From a virus (lineage: Duplodnaviria; Caudoviricetes), in IMG/VR virus record IMGVR_UViG_3300026194_000310, positions 6,125 to 70,124 of that record: DNA of 64,000 nt; one strand, written 5' to 3'. Made by a program: the position numbers and the translations under genes. Positions 17,937-27,354 of the stretch are shown here, piece by piece (within the stretch, counting starts at the first letter, position 1; each line of letters begins with the position of its first letter). A model generated the notes under the pieces. It did no database searches. It saw only the letters and a program-made list of their open reading frames with translations, and was not told the origin of the DNA.

Positions 17937-19526
17937 TTATGCCTTGATGGTCTGGCCGTTGCGGAAGGTTACGCTGATGTCGCCCTCGCCATTGACCGTG
18001 AGGTAATCCGTCAGGGCGTTAAATGCGTCAAGGGAGAACGCGGTCAGGGTTTCCGGCAGTTTCTCAAAGGCGGCAAGGAAATCCTCGACGCTGCCTTTTT
18101 GCGACTGCGTCTGGTTGATCTGTTCGTTCAAATCCTCGATGCGGGTCTTGAGCGACTCGTACCGGGTGGTCAGGTCATCGTACTTTTTTTGGTATGCCTT
18201 CTGGTCGAGAGCAACGTGGGCGTTTTCGTAGATGTTCTGCTGGACGGCATCGGAAACAACCTGCGCTTCTTCCAGCAGTTTGTCGCGCTCGGCTTCCTGC
18301 TCTGTGGTGTCAAAGAGGAGCGCCATCATCTCGCGCCCGTTGGCGATGACCGCATCCTTTGTGGCCAGCAGCTGGTTTGCCGCCGACAGGAAGGCATCCT
18401 GAATCTGCTCGTCCGTCAGGTGCGGAGTGCAGCAGTGCTTGCCGCCATCATACTTGTGATTGCATTGCCAGATCGTCCGGCGGTATTTGTCGGTCGAGTG
18501 CCAGACCTTTGAGCCGTACCAGCTTCCACACTGGCCGCACCGGATTTTGCTGGAGAAGGGATGTACGCCGCTGTGGTACTTCTTGCCTTTGCCGCGCTTG
18601 GCCATTTCCCGCTGAACCATGTCGAATTTTTCAGGCGGGATGATTGCCTCGTGGTTTCCCTCCACATAGTATTGCGGGATTTCACCTTCGTTCTTCTTTT
18701 GCTTCTTGGTTAGGTAATCGACCGTGAAGCACTTCTGCAGCAGGGCATCGCCTTTGTACTTCTCATTGCTGAGGATGCTCTTGACTGTGGAAATGCTCCA
18801 TTTATCCTTGCCGCCCGGTGTCTTGATGCCGTCGTCGGTGAGCTTCTGTGCGATGCCGTGGTAGGTCGTGCCCTGCAGGAACATATCATAAATGCTCCGG
18901 ACGACCTTGGCCTGCTCCGGATTCACCACCAGCTCACCGTTTGCGCCTCTGTCGTAGCCGAGGAACCGGTTGAATGGGATCGTGACCTTTCCGTCTGCAA
19001 AGCGCTTTCTCTGTCCCCATGTGCAGTTCTCGGAAATGCTGCGGCTTTCCTCCTGCGCCAGCGAGCTCATGATGGTAATAAGCAGCTCGCCCTTGCCGTC
19101 GAAAGTCCAGATGTTTTCTTTTTCAAAATAGCACTCGACGCCTTTTTCCTTGAGCTTCCGGATGGTAGTCAGGCTATCCACGGTGTTGCGGGCAAAGCGG
19201 CTGACGCTCTTGGTGACGATCAGGTCAATGCGACCGGCCAGCGCATCCGCGACCATTCTCTTGAAGCCCTCACGGCGCTTGGTGCTGGTGCCGGTGATGC
19301 CTTCGTCGGTGTAGACGTCCACGAACTCCCAGTCGTCCCGGCTCCTGATGTAGTTGGTGTAATAATCGATCTGCGCCTCGTAGCTGGTGAACTGATCGTC
19401 GTGATCTGTTGAGACGCGGGCGTACCCAGCCACCCGCCGCTTTTTCTGCTCCGTGATGGGAGAAGCAGTGAAGCGCGTCAGCGTGGCCGGGATCGTCTTT
19501 ACCTTTTTGCCTTCGTTGATGCCCAA
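17937..19526 (-). CDS. Large serine recombinase
   Basis: RVAGYARVSTD, ITKSVSRFARN, FLGYD, zinc ribbon CGQCG...WQC. Confidence 0.92.
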   Translation of the reverse strand: MGINEGKKVKTIPATLTRFTASPITEQKKRRVAGYARVSTDHDDQFTSYEAQIDYYTNYIRSRDDWEFVDVYTDEGITGTSTKRREGFKRMVADALAGRIDLIVTKSVSRFARNTVDSLTTIRKLKEKGVECYFEKENIWTFDGKGELLITIMSSLAQEESRSISENCTWGQRKRFADGKVTIPFNRFLGYDRGANGELVVNPEQAKVVRSIYDMFLQGTTYHGIAQKLTDDGIKTPGGKDKWSISTVKSILSNEKYKGDALLQKCFTVDYLTKKQKKNEGEIPQYYVEGNHEAIIPPEKFDMVQREMAKRGKGKKYHSGVHPFSSKIRCGQCGSWYGSKVWHSTDKYRRTIWQCNHKYDGGKHCCTPHLTDEQIQDAFLSAANQLLATKDAVIANGREMMALLFDTTEQEAERDKLLEEAQVVSDAVQQNIYENAHVALDQKAYQKKYDDLTTRYESLKTRIEDLNEQINQTQSQKGSVEDFLAAFEKLPETLTAFSLDAFNALTDYLTVNGEGDISVTFRNGQTIKA

Positions 19527-21289
19527 TATTTCTCACTCCTTATCTTTTTCATGGTCTCGCTCATTTTCTGGCGACGCTCCTCGGTGAAGCTGGCCTTGAT
19601 GGCCTCGCCTTGTTTCTTTTTCCGTTCCTCTGTCCATGCAGGCATCCGGCGCTTGATGCTGTATTCCATGCTGACCTCATGCCCATCGTAGAAGCAGAAG
19701 GTGATGTGTCCGCCCGGCGCGATGGTGATGTGGTCGATTTCCTTTAGGAAAACAGCCTCGTCAAGCTCCTGCTGGCCAAGAGCCTGAGCGGTCAGTTCCC
19801 GGAGCGTGTCCTCATGGATGCAGTTATTGCTGCAGGTGTTCGTTGTAGCGCAGACGAAAAGGTGGTACTTTTCGCCGGAGGCTTTCGTTCTGGTCTGCCT
19901 GCGGTAGTTGTTGCCGCAATCGGCACACTTGATCTTGCTGGTAAAGCAGGTCACGTCGTCACGCTTCATGGCATGGTTCCGGCGGTAGGAGGATGCCTTC
20001 TTCCGGGCTTCCGGAGTCCATGCATCCTTCTTTGCCGTGCTCACCCATGTGAGGGTTTTCTCTGTGCCGTCCGCCATGTGAAAATTGAGGATGCCCTGCT
20101 CCGGAACCGTGATCACCTCGACCTGTTCCGCAAAGGCATCCTCGTCAAATTCCTCAAGGCCAAGTGCCTCGGCGCATTTCTGCCGGAGAATGTATTCCGG
20201 GATCTCCATCGCCTTGCACTTGCCGTTTTTCGTCTTGCTGGAACCGCAGACCCAACCGACCAGCTGATCGCCGAGCTGTGAGACCTTTGCCCGGTTCTTA
20301 CGGGTGTTGCGAACGTAGCTCTTGCCGCATTTCTCACACTTGATTTTGCTGGTGAAGCAGGTGATGTTCAGGCTCTTGTTGGCAAGAGCACCGAGCTCCT
20401 TCCGTCTGGCCATCTCGCTTTGCACATACTGGAAGGTCTCCATATCGATGATGGGCTCGTGGGTGTCCTCGACATAGTATTGTTTCAGCTCGCCGTGGTT
20501 CTTTTTACGCTTCTTGCTGATCGGGTCTGCGATGTATTCCTTCTGCAGGAGCATGTTACCGGTGTAGGTGATGTTGGAAAGCACCACCTTGATATTGGAA
20601 TCCACCCAGCGGCAGCCTTCGCGAGTCGTGATGCCCTCGGCGGCAAATTCCCGCTCTGTCTCAAGGCGGGACTTCCCATCAAGGAAGTTCTGGTAGATGC
20701 GCTTTACGATGGCGGCTTCCTCCGGAACGATGACCAGCTGGTCGCCTTCCCAGCGGTATCCGAATATCCTGAAGTGCCCGTTCGGGATTCCACGCTCCAT
20801 GCGCTTGCGAACTCCCCATTTTACATTGTTGCTGATGCTTTCTGATTCTGATTGCGCGAAAGAGGCCAGAAGTGTCAGCATGACTTCGCCGTCGCCGGAG
20901 AGGCTGTCGATGTTTTCCTTCTCAAACCGGACGCTGATACCCAGCTCCTTTAGGTGCCGGACGGTCTCTAAGAGGTCTACGGTGTTGCGGGCAAAACGGG
21001 AGATGCTCTTACAGAGAACAATGTCGATCTTGCCAGCGTCGCAGTCGGCAATCAGCCGCTTGAACTCATCACGCTTCTTGGCGATGGTGCCTGTGATGGC
21101 TTCATCAGCATAGACGCCGACATATTCCCACTCCGGGTTCTTCTGAATAAGCTCCGAGTAGTAGCTCACCTGAGAGGAGAGGGAATGGTGGAGCCGCTCG
21201 GTTTCCATTGACACGCGGGCGTAGGCTGCGACCTTTTTTCTGGTCGGCAGTGCTGGTATCTGCGGCTCTATCTTCGTGATTTTCGCCAT
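19499..21289 (-). CDS. Large serine recombinase with two zinc-ribbon repeats
   Basis: VAAYARVS, KSISRFARN; two FTSKIKC..CG repeats. Confidence 0.92.
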   Translation of the reverse strand: MAKITKIEPQIPALPTRKKVAAYARVSMETERLHHSLSSQVSYYSELIQKNPEWEYVGVYADEAITGTIAKKRDEFKRLIADCDAGKIDIVLCKSISRFARNTVDLLETVRHLKELGISVRFEKENIDSLSGDGEVMLTLLASFAQSESESISNNVKWGVRKRMERGIPNGHFRIFGYRWEGDQLVIVPEEAAIVKRIYQNFLDGKSRLETEREFAAEGITTREGCRWVDSNIKVVLSNITYTGNMLLQKEYIADPISKKRKKNHGELKQYYVEDTHEPIIDMETFQYVQSEMARRKELGALANKSLNITCFTSKIKCEKCGKSYVRNTRKNRAKVSQLGDQLVGWVCGSSKTKNGKCKAMEIPEYILRQKCAEALGLEEFDEDAFAEQVEVITVPEQGILNFHMADGTEKTLTWVSTAKKDAWTPEARKKASSYRRNHAMKRDDVTCFTSKIKCADCGNNYRRQTRTKASGEKYHLFVCATTNTCSNNCIHEDTLRELTAQALGQQELDEAVFLKEIDHITIAPGGHITFCFYDGHEVSMEYSIKRRMPAWTEERKKKQGEAIKASFTEERRQKMSETMKKIRSEKYWASTKAKR

Positions 21290-21311
21290 TTGAATCACTC
21301 CTTTCCGGTAC

Positions 21312-21344
21312 TATACATCACTCTAAAAGCCCTAATTATCAAGC
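21312..21344 (-). promoter_or_regulatory. Repeated promoter-like motif (AGAGTGAT core), copy 1, upstream of the recombinase pair
   Basis: tatacatcactctaaaagccctaattatcaagc, matching 41073-41104 and 42306-42338. Confidence 0.6.
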
Positions 21345-21515
21345 GTTTTCAGGATATAATGTGCCGATTATCGGCTGGTATTTCTCCCGCATTTTTGTAT
21401 CAATTATGGTGTATTGCTCCTCGGTGATAATGCCGTCTTTGAGCATGGCCTGAAACATATTCATGCTGGCCTGATAGAGCTTCTCGCGCTCGAACTGATC
21501 CTCATTCACGGCCAT
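21339..21515 (-). CDS. Small SHOCT-like protein of the recombinase module
   Basis: MAVNEDQFEREKLYQASM...MLKDGIITEEQY. Confidence 0.65.
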   Translation of the reverse strand: MAVNEDQFEREKLYQASMNMFQAMLKDGIITEEQYTIIDTKMREKYQPIIGTLYPENA

Positions 21516-21927
21516 CACCTCCGAAGCGCCCAGCGATGTAGCAGGCGTGGGAGCAATACTTCCTGCTCCGGTTCCCGTATGCCGTGAAGGACTTTCCGCA
21601 ACAGGCGCAGGTAAAGGAGTAGACCGCATCAGCGTGTCTCGTGACAGCTTCCGGGTGAGCATTCCACCAGCTCTGGCAGCACTCGTCAGAGCAGAACTTG
21701 ATCTGCTTTCTGCCGGGCACTTGGACGATGGGCTTTCCGCAGTTCTTGCAGCAGCCAACATCCGGCTTGTCCTTAGTGGCCTGTGTCGATTTTTCACCGG
21801 CCAGACCGTTCCTGTGGCAGAACGATACGACCTGATTCTTGGTAAGACCGAGGGTGTTTGCTATATTGGCATAACCGAATCCGGCAGTGCGGAGCTCGGT
21901 GATTTTGGCTTTCTGTTCACTGGTCAT
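21502..21927 (-). CDS. HTH plus Cys-rich zinc-finger protein of the recombinase module
   Basis: N-terminal HTH (GFGYANIANTLGLTKNQV), CKNCG...FCSDECC, CACCG...YCSHAC. Confidence 0.7.
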   Translation of the reverse strand: MTSEQKAKITELRTAGFGYANIANTLGLTKNQVVSFCHRNGLAGEKSTQATKDKPDVGCCKNCGKPIVQVPGRKQIKFCSDECCQSWWNAHPEAVTRHADAVYSFTCACCGKSFTAYGNRSRKYCSHACYIAGRFGGDGRE

Positions 21928-21946
21928 GATACTTTCACCTCCAGTT

Positions 21947-21986
21947 TCCACTGGAGATGAGGAGACGATTTGAGCGGAGGATTTTT
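21947..21986 (-). promoter_or_regulatory. Prophage 2 repeated promoter-like element, copy 1
   Basis: TCCACTGGAGATGA-N6-GATTTGAGCGGAsGATTTT on the plus strand; also at 51314 and 55846. Confidence 0.65.
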
Positions 21987-21996
21987 CACATAAACG

Positions 21997-22036
21997 AAAA
22001 AAAGCCTGCGGGCATTCCGAAGAACACTCGCAGGCA
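21997..22036 (-). terminator. Intrinsic terminator after the endolysin
   Basis: GCCTGCGAGTG...TGCCCGCAGGC hairpin followed by T7 on the minus strand. Confidence 0.7.
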
Positions 22037-22051
22037 TAGCGGATTGGATAT

Positions 22052-23524
22052 TTACTTCACGCGGATTTTCCAGCCGGTGATGATAAGGTTGACATTCTTG
22101 ATGAGCGTCGGATTGAGCTTCTGGATCGCTGCCACGCTTGTTCCGTACTTTCGAGCAATGGCAGAGAGCGTGTCGCCGGATTTCACGGTGTACCAGACAG
22201 CAGCAGAGGCAGGCTTCTTCAATAGCTCATTGACCTTGGCTTGAACGGCTGAGTAGTCATATCCAGCAGCGGTCAGGCGGTTCTTGCGGTCGGTGCCGTT
22301 TCCCCACTTGCCGTCGATGACTTCCTTGGCAAGCTCGTCCACGTTTTTCTTAGGCGCAGCTTCCGGTGTAGGCTTGCTATCTTCAGGGCTCTCCGCATAC
22401 TTCAGCACGCCATAGCCACGGATATACTTGCCGCCGACCTTAAGCGTTCGTCTGCTGACAGAGTCGCTCTTGTTGCCCTCAATGACGGTGATGGTGCTGC
22501 CGGAGACAGTCTCAACGATACCGACATGATCCGGCCAGCCGGTATTGTCACCGGAACCGGAGTCCTGCCAGTCATAGAAAATGACATCTCCGGGCTTCGG
22601 AACATAGGAGTCGTTTTCATTCCATGCGCCGAGCTTCTGGAAAAGCTCAATCATCTGGCCGCAGCCGCACTCGGTAGGGATGATCCTTGTCAGGCCGCAC
22701 TTGATGGAAACCGCCGAGACGAAGGTCGCGCACCATGCGTCCGTGTATTTTACCTTATATCCTCTGGCGAGAGGCTTGTGGCTGTTGTAGACATCGATAA
22801 TCTCTCTGTGGCTGCCGTCCGCCTCGTTCTTTCCAAGCCATGCTCTGGCCTGAGCGATGATCTGATCTCTCTCGGAACTTACGACAGGCGCAGGCTTGTT
22901 TTCCTTCGTATAGCCGTTGAAGCCTCCGGTCTTGATGATGGACGGATAATCGATGTAGCCATAGTCCAGATCCACGTTACCGGAGATGCCATCGACCTTG
23001 CCCTTGGAAGAATACTGCCAGATGCCGTATTCGCCCTTATAGGAGCACTTGCTGGCGTACTGCGCTACCCAGTGCGCGTAGTCCGTGAGCTTGCTATCGT
23101 CCATCCGCTCCTTGAAACCAGAAACAACGGAGCCGTAGATGCCGACGAAGTATCCAGCAGCTTCCATTGTCTCGCAGAAAGCGATGGTGGCCTCTGTGAT
23201 CCCGGCTTTGGCAGAGGCAGGCTGTGCCTCGTTATCCATGTAGACCGGGTACTCCAGCTGCTTGCCTTTGAGGAGCTGAATGAAACGCTCAGCATCTGCT
23301 TTTCCTGCAGCAGCCGTCACGCAGTCTTTCCCGACGAAGTAATATGCGCCGATAGGGATACCGGCAGCCTTGGCTCCCTTGTAGTTTGCTTCCCACTTGC
23401 TATCGGTATAGGTTCCTGCATCCGAGCCGCCAGCCTTGATGATGGCAAATTCGATGCCAGCGGCTTTGACCTTGTTCCAGTCTATCGTTCCCTGCCAGTG
23501 GGATACGTCAATTCCTTTAATCAT
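22052..23524 (-). CDS. Endolysin: GH25 muramidase, CHAP, Cpl-7-like and LysM domains
   Basis: GIDVSHWQG, YMDNE, AWCATFVS/HVGIVE/IEGN, DELAKEVIDGKWGNG, YTVKSGDTLSAIA. Confidence 0.9.
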   Translation of the reverse strand: MIKGIDVSHWQGTIDWNKVKAAGIEFAIIKAGGSDAGTYTDSKWEANYKGAKAAGIPIGAYYFVGKDCVTAAAGKADAERFIQLLKGKQLEYPVYMDNEAQPASAKAGITEATIAFCETMEAAGYFVGIYGSVVSGFKERMDDSKLTDYAHWVAQYASKCSYKGEYGIWQYSSKGKVDGISGNVDLDYGYIDYPSIIKTGGFNGYTKENKPAPVVSSERDQIIAQARAWLGKNEADGSHREIIDVYNSHKPLARGYKVKYTDAWCATFVSAVSIKCGLTRIIPTECGCGQMIELFQKLGAWNENDSYVPKPGDVIFYDWQDSGSGDNTGWPDHVGIVETVSGSTITVIEGNKSDSVSRRTLKVGGKYIRGYGVLKYAESPEDSKPTPEAAPKKNVDELAKEVIDGKWGNGTDRKNRLTAAGYDYSAVQAKVNELLKKPASAAVWYTVKSGDTLSAIARKYGTSVAAIQKLNPTLIKNVNLIITGWKIRVK

Positions 23525-23525
23525 G

Positions 23526-23948
23526 TCACTTGTCCTCCTTCGTATCTGTGCTCTCGCGGTCGTGGAGCTGCTCCAAGACCTCCTTCAGCTTGTCTGGAAC
23601 CGGCAGGCCGAGGTGGACGCTGTTTTCCACGAGGGACAGTCCTTCATTCGAGATGTAGAAAAAGATGATCGCTGTCCGAAGCACTCCGGCATGGTTAAGC
23701 ACATAGATGTCGAGAGCGTTGGCGATGCCGACCATAATGAAGATCAGCACCTTGCGGCAGATTCCCTTGAAGCCGACCGCCGAAGATAGCTTCTTGTCAG
23801 CCACAGCGCACATGAAGCCGGTGATGTAGTCCGTCACGGCAAAGAGGATGAGCGCAATCAGCAGGCCGTCGCAGCCGCCAAGGAACCAGCCGAGCCAGCC
23901 TCCGATGGCAGCAAAAGCAAATTGAATGGTGTTCCAGAATTCTTTCAT
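23526..23948 (-). CDS. Phage holin (toxin secretion/phage lysis family)
   Basis: Three TM segments, DYITG, NEGLSLVEN, GLPVPDKL. Confidence 0.88.
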   Translation of the reverse strand: MKEFWNTIQFAFAAIGGWLGWFLGGCDGLLIALILFAVTDYITGFMCAVADKKLSSAVGFKGICRKVLIFIMVGIANALDIYVLNHAGVLRTAIIFFYISNEGLSLVENSVHLGLPVPDKLKEVLEQLHDRESTDTKEDK

Positions 23949-23978
23949 GTCGTGATTCCTCCTTTGAATTTGTGCATG

Positions 23979-24006
23979 AAAAAAGCAGCTGCCACTGTGG
24001 CGCTGC
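23979..24006 (-). terminator. Probable terminator between the tail operon and holin
   Basis: GCAGCGCCACAGTGGCAGCTGC followed by TTTTTT on the minus strand. Confidence 0.55.
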
Positions 24007-24023
24007 CTCCATAAAAAAACGGG

Positions 24024-24830
24024 TTACAGGTTGTAGTATTCTCTTGGCTTTCCTCCGCTTCCTGTGCGGGTCGCGTAGGAGTAGAGGTTATTGAAGATCA
24101 CGTCCGTATCGTCGTATCGGTCGACCAGCTTATAGCAAGAAACATACGGGTCGAAATAACCGAGGTCTTCTGGCTCGATGTATGCGGACTGCTGTTTTCC
24201 CTTGGCAAGAAGCGCTGTGCAGCTCGCGCAGATACTTTCGGATTCCTTGCTGTAGGCTTCCGGGTTATCCGGATGCAAAAACCAGTGCGCGTCATGCCAT
24301 TTGCAGTCATGGTAGCAGGCGCTGTTTGCGATCATGGTGTATTGGTAGCCTGCCGGAAGCTGAGAAAGAACATCCCAGTGTCTCGCAAACCAGTGGAAAA
24401 GCACGATGCGGTCATACATCGAAAAGTCGCCGGTCTGGAGTTCTTCAAGTGTAAGCGCCCGCGTGATGGAAAGGGTCAGCCGCACCTCCGGATATTCCTG
24501 CTTGATCCTTGCGGCCAGCTTGTCATCGTTTAGGATGAACTGGTGTATGCCAAGGGAGCGGTATTTCCGGATCATAGTGATGTTCGCCTTCTTCTGGGCG
24601 AGGATACAGACCGGAATACCGAGCGCCAGCAGGCCTTTGATGCGCGAGACATATTCTTCATAGGACTTCGGGTAGCTGTCCCGGTAGGTAATGTCAAAGC
24701 GGGTGTTTTCGCAGTCATCCTTCCAAGCGGCAGCATAGATGCAGTCGATATAGGGAATCAGGGCAGGCCGCTGCAGGAGCTTTTCCGGGTATTCCGGGTC
24801 AAGGTTATATGGCACTTCAAACTGTTTCAT
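24024..24830 (-). CDS. U32-peptidase-like TIM-barrel protein with Cys/His cluster motif
   Basis: FILNDDKLA...EYPEVRLTLSIT, IANSACYHDCKWHDAH, CASC, YKLVDR; resemblance judged by eye. Confidence 0.55.
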   Translation of the reverse strand: MKQFEVPYNLDPEYPEKLLQRPALIPYIDCIYAAAWKDDCENTRFDITYRDSYPKSYEEYVSRIKGLLALGIPVCILAQKKANITMIRKYRSLGIHQFILNDDKLAARIKQEYPEVRLTLSITRALTLEELQTGDFSMYDRIVLFHWFARHWDVLSQLPAGYQYTMIANSACYHDCKWHDAHWFLHPDNPEAYSKESESICASCTALLAKGKQQSAYIEPEDLGYFDPYVSCYKLVDRYDDTDVIFNNLYSYATRTGSGGKPREYYNL

Positions 24831-26248
24831 GTTTCCTCCGTTTCCGTCAGCGTATAGGTGATCTTCATCGTTTTATCCGCTGTCTTGATAACCGGCGATG
24901 ACAGGTTGTTGATGGTGGCGAGGTATGGCGTGTACAAATAAAGCTCCTTGCGGAAGTGGTATCCGTAGTAGCTGTAGAAGTATTCCTGATAGGCGTAGGT
25001 CTTGTACCGGGAGATCATGCGCTGTCCCCATACCTCACCGTCCGTGTTGGTGGCTTTGTTTCGGACATAGAGCTTTGGCTCTCCATTGTGGAAATACCAG
25101 CCGTTTATAACCACATCGTCATCCACGCAGAAGGTGAACTGCTGCGCATTGTTGTAGGCGACATTCGGCACGACCTCGACATTGGCCACGTTCGTGGTAT
25201 CGAGGCGGTAGACCGTATTCCCGATGGCAAACATCAGCCACTTGCCGCTCATGCCGATGTTGTAGATATCCGTGGTGTTGCTCGGAAGCACGATCTTCTG
25301 CGTCGTACACCTGCCGTCGCTGATCTTATCCATGAACCACTCAAAGCCGGTACGGTCATAACGCTCTGAACCATAGCTCATGCCAACATAAGTGCGGATT
25401 TCCTTTCTGGCGATGCCGTACCAGTTGCCGTCAACAGCATGGAAAAGATAATCCATCCGGGTTTCGTCGTTCCAGTAGGGCTCGTCCGTATCATCCTTGC
25501 TGCCGCCGACGAAATGCACCCAGTAAGGATAGTGGTTCAATTCGACGGTGGTTTCCTCGGTGGCCTCAAACGCCATCTGTGTGAAAGTCCGGATCATAAG
25601 CCGGGCGTGGATATAATCCTCCGGGACTTTCCGAAGCGTCACGGACGTCTGGTTATGAACAGCTACAAGCTCCAGCCGGTAGCCTTCGCCGATGAAGGTT
25701 CTGTGGTTATGGCGGTAGTTGTTGTTATTGATGTCGCCATCGTTTATATTGTTGGACTTCAGCAGCACAAAGTAGTTGTTGGTGTACTTGCAGCCGCGTC
25801 CGGCGAGGATATTCGTGAGACCGATGCAGGAGATAGTGCCGTTGGCCTGCGAGGTAGCAAAGTCCCAGACATACTTAAAGCCGCCATCGACCGCCTTGCT
25901 CTCGGTCAGGTTCCGGCTGCCACGCTGCACGTCCTCTGTGGTATTTACATCGTTGGAGGCGTAACCGACCAGAGGGTTATCGAGCGGAGCATAAATCAGA
26001 GTCGGGTCTTCCTCAATCTCATTCTGGTAGAGAAGGACGCCGCCCGTGAGCCTTGAATAGATCGGAAGGAGCCAAGCCTCTCCGCTTTGACTGTCGAAGC
26101 TGGGACTGTCGTACATCAAGCCCTGCAGGTTGGTATTTAAGACATCAAAAACGGCCTCCGTTACAAGGTTCTCATCCTCATAAATTTCTTTCTCACCGGT
26201 ATGGATGTTGGTGAGCTCTATAACGCTTTTTCCTTTGAGCATACTCAT
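24827..26248 (-). CDS. Minor tail / receptor-binding-type protein
   Basis: Distal tail position; N-terminal YVWDFATSQANGTISCIGLT and C-terminal VIKTADKTMKITYTL; start re-chosen at ATG 26248. Confidence 0.65.
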   Translation of the reverse strand: MSMLKGKSVIELTNIHTGEKEIYEDENLVTEAVFDVLNTNLQGLMYDSPSFDSQSGEAWLLPIYSRLTGGVLLYQNEIEEDPTLIYAPLDNPLVGYASNDVNTTEDVQRGSRNLTESKAVDGGFKYVWDFATSQANGTISCIGLTNILAGRGCKYTNNYFVLLKSNNINDGDINNNNYRHNHRTFIGEGYRLELVAVHNQTSVTLRKVPEDYIHARLMIRTFTQMAFEATEETTVELNHYPYWVHFVGGSKDDTDEPYWNDETRMDYLFHAVDGNWYGIARKEIRTYVGMSYGSERYDRTGFEWFMDKISDGRCTTQKIVLPSNTTDIYNIGMSGKWLMFAIGNTVYRLDTTNVANVEVVPNVAYNNAQQFTFCVDDDVVINGWYFHNGEPKLYVRNKATNTDGEVWGQRMISRYKTYAYQEYFYSYYGYHFRKELYLYTPYLATINNLSSPVIKTADKTMKITYTLTETEET

Positions 26249-27354
26249 TCCTCCGTGTTCAGATAGTCTGTGGTGATGGATCGCACGAATCCATACTCGC
26301 CGCTGATGATGATGCGGTACATCAGCTGGCCGGTGATGGCTTTCTGTGACCATGCGTCCGTGCTGATTGCTTCAAGCGCCGTCTTGGTCATGCCGGACTG
26401 TTCTTCGGAAAGAGCCGCCCATGTGTTATTGGCATACGTCCACCATGTTTCTCCGGCATCAAAGGAAACGGCAAAGAGCGCGGCATCGTCCGCATCGACG
26501 GTGACCTTTTCAATGCCGATGATCGAAGCGTCGGACATATCGATGTTTTCCGAGTAGATCGTCTGCGGTTTCGGGATGCCGGAAAAGGTCGCTCGAAACG
26601 GCGGGAACCGGTTCTGGGAATCGTGCCAGTACAGGATCGTCGGGTTGGTCAGTGTCAGAAGCAAGGCTCCGTCCGGGATATCCTGCACGCCGTAGGTTTC
26701 AAAAACCTCTGCGGAAAGCTCTGTCTCCGCAAGCCTTAAGAGGGCTCCGTCCTCAACGGTATATAGGTCGCCGTTGGCATCCGTGATAAGGTACCGGCGG
26801 TTGTACGGGTCAAGCAGCACCGGAAGCGTATCCGAACTAAGGAAAGACGTCCCGGTATCATCCTGATGCAGGAAGGCGATGGTCGTTCCGGCTGCTGGTG
26901 TGAAAGCGATATTCCCGGAGCCGGTCACGAGAACGCATTCTCCGAAGTAGGAAGTGTTCGTCGGTACGGTCTCAAAATTCAGGATGATGTCGCCGGTATC
27001 GAGAAGCAACAGATCCCAGACGAGCCTTACATCCGCGCTGGTGACGCTGTAATTTGTATAGCCCTCCCAGCGGATACGAAGGAAGTGGTAGTAGCTGTAG
27101 ATCGTGCCTTCCTCGCGTCGGATCGTCCAGACCTTGGCATCCCGGCGATGGACTTTTACCTGTTCAGCGTTTGTGCCGATGCCCATCCACGAGTTTCCGT
27201 TAACATAGATGTTCGCGGCAGTCACGCCGTTATAGGTAAACCAGCTGACGCCGGTCAGGGTATCGGTGCCGTCATCGTTACCGGAGTTGTTCCGGGTGAT
27301 GGTCATATTATCAGTGCCTGAAAGCACTTCTTGGATAGAGAGATAATCAGCCAT
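26245..27354 (-). CDS. Minor tail protein
   Basis: Operon position; beta-rich composition; start re-chosen at ATG 27354. Confidence 0.6.
   Translation of the reverse strand: MADYLSIQEVLSGTDNMTITRNNSGNDDGTDTLTGVSWFTYNGVTAANIYVNGNSWMGIGTNAEQVKVHRRDAKVWTIRREEGTIYSYYHFLRIRWEGYTNYSVTSADVRLVWDLLLLDTGDIILNFETVPTNTSYFGECVLVTGSGNIAFTPAAGTTIAFLHQDDTGTSFLSSDTLPVLLDPYNRRYLITDANGDLYTVEDGALLRLAETELSAEVFETYGVQDIPDGALLLTLTNPTILYWHDSQNRFPPFRATFSGIPKPQTIYSENIDMSDASIIGIEKVTVDADDAALFAVSFDAGETWWTYANNTWAALSEEQSGMTKTALEAISTDAWSQKAITGQLMYRIIISGEYGFVRSITTDYLNTEE

Noticed and set aside
23526-23948. Toxin secretion system
   Set aside because: This is an ordinary holin next to the endolysin, and no toxin gene is present
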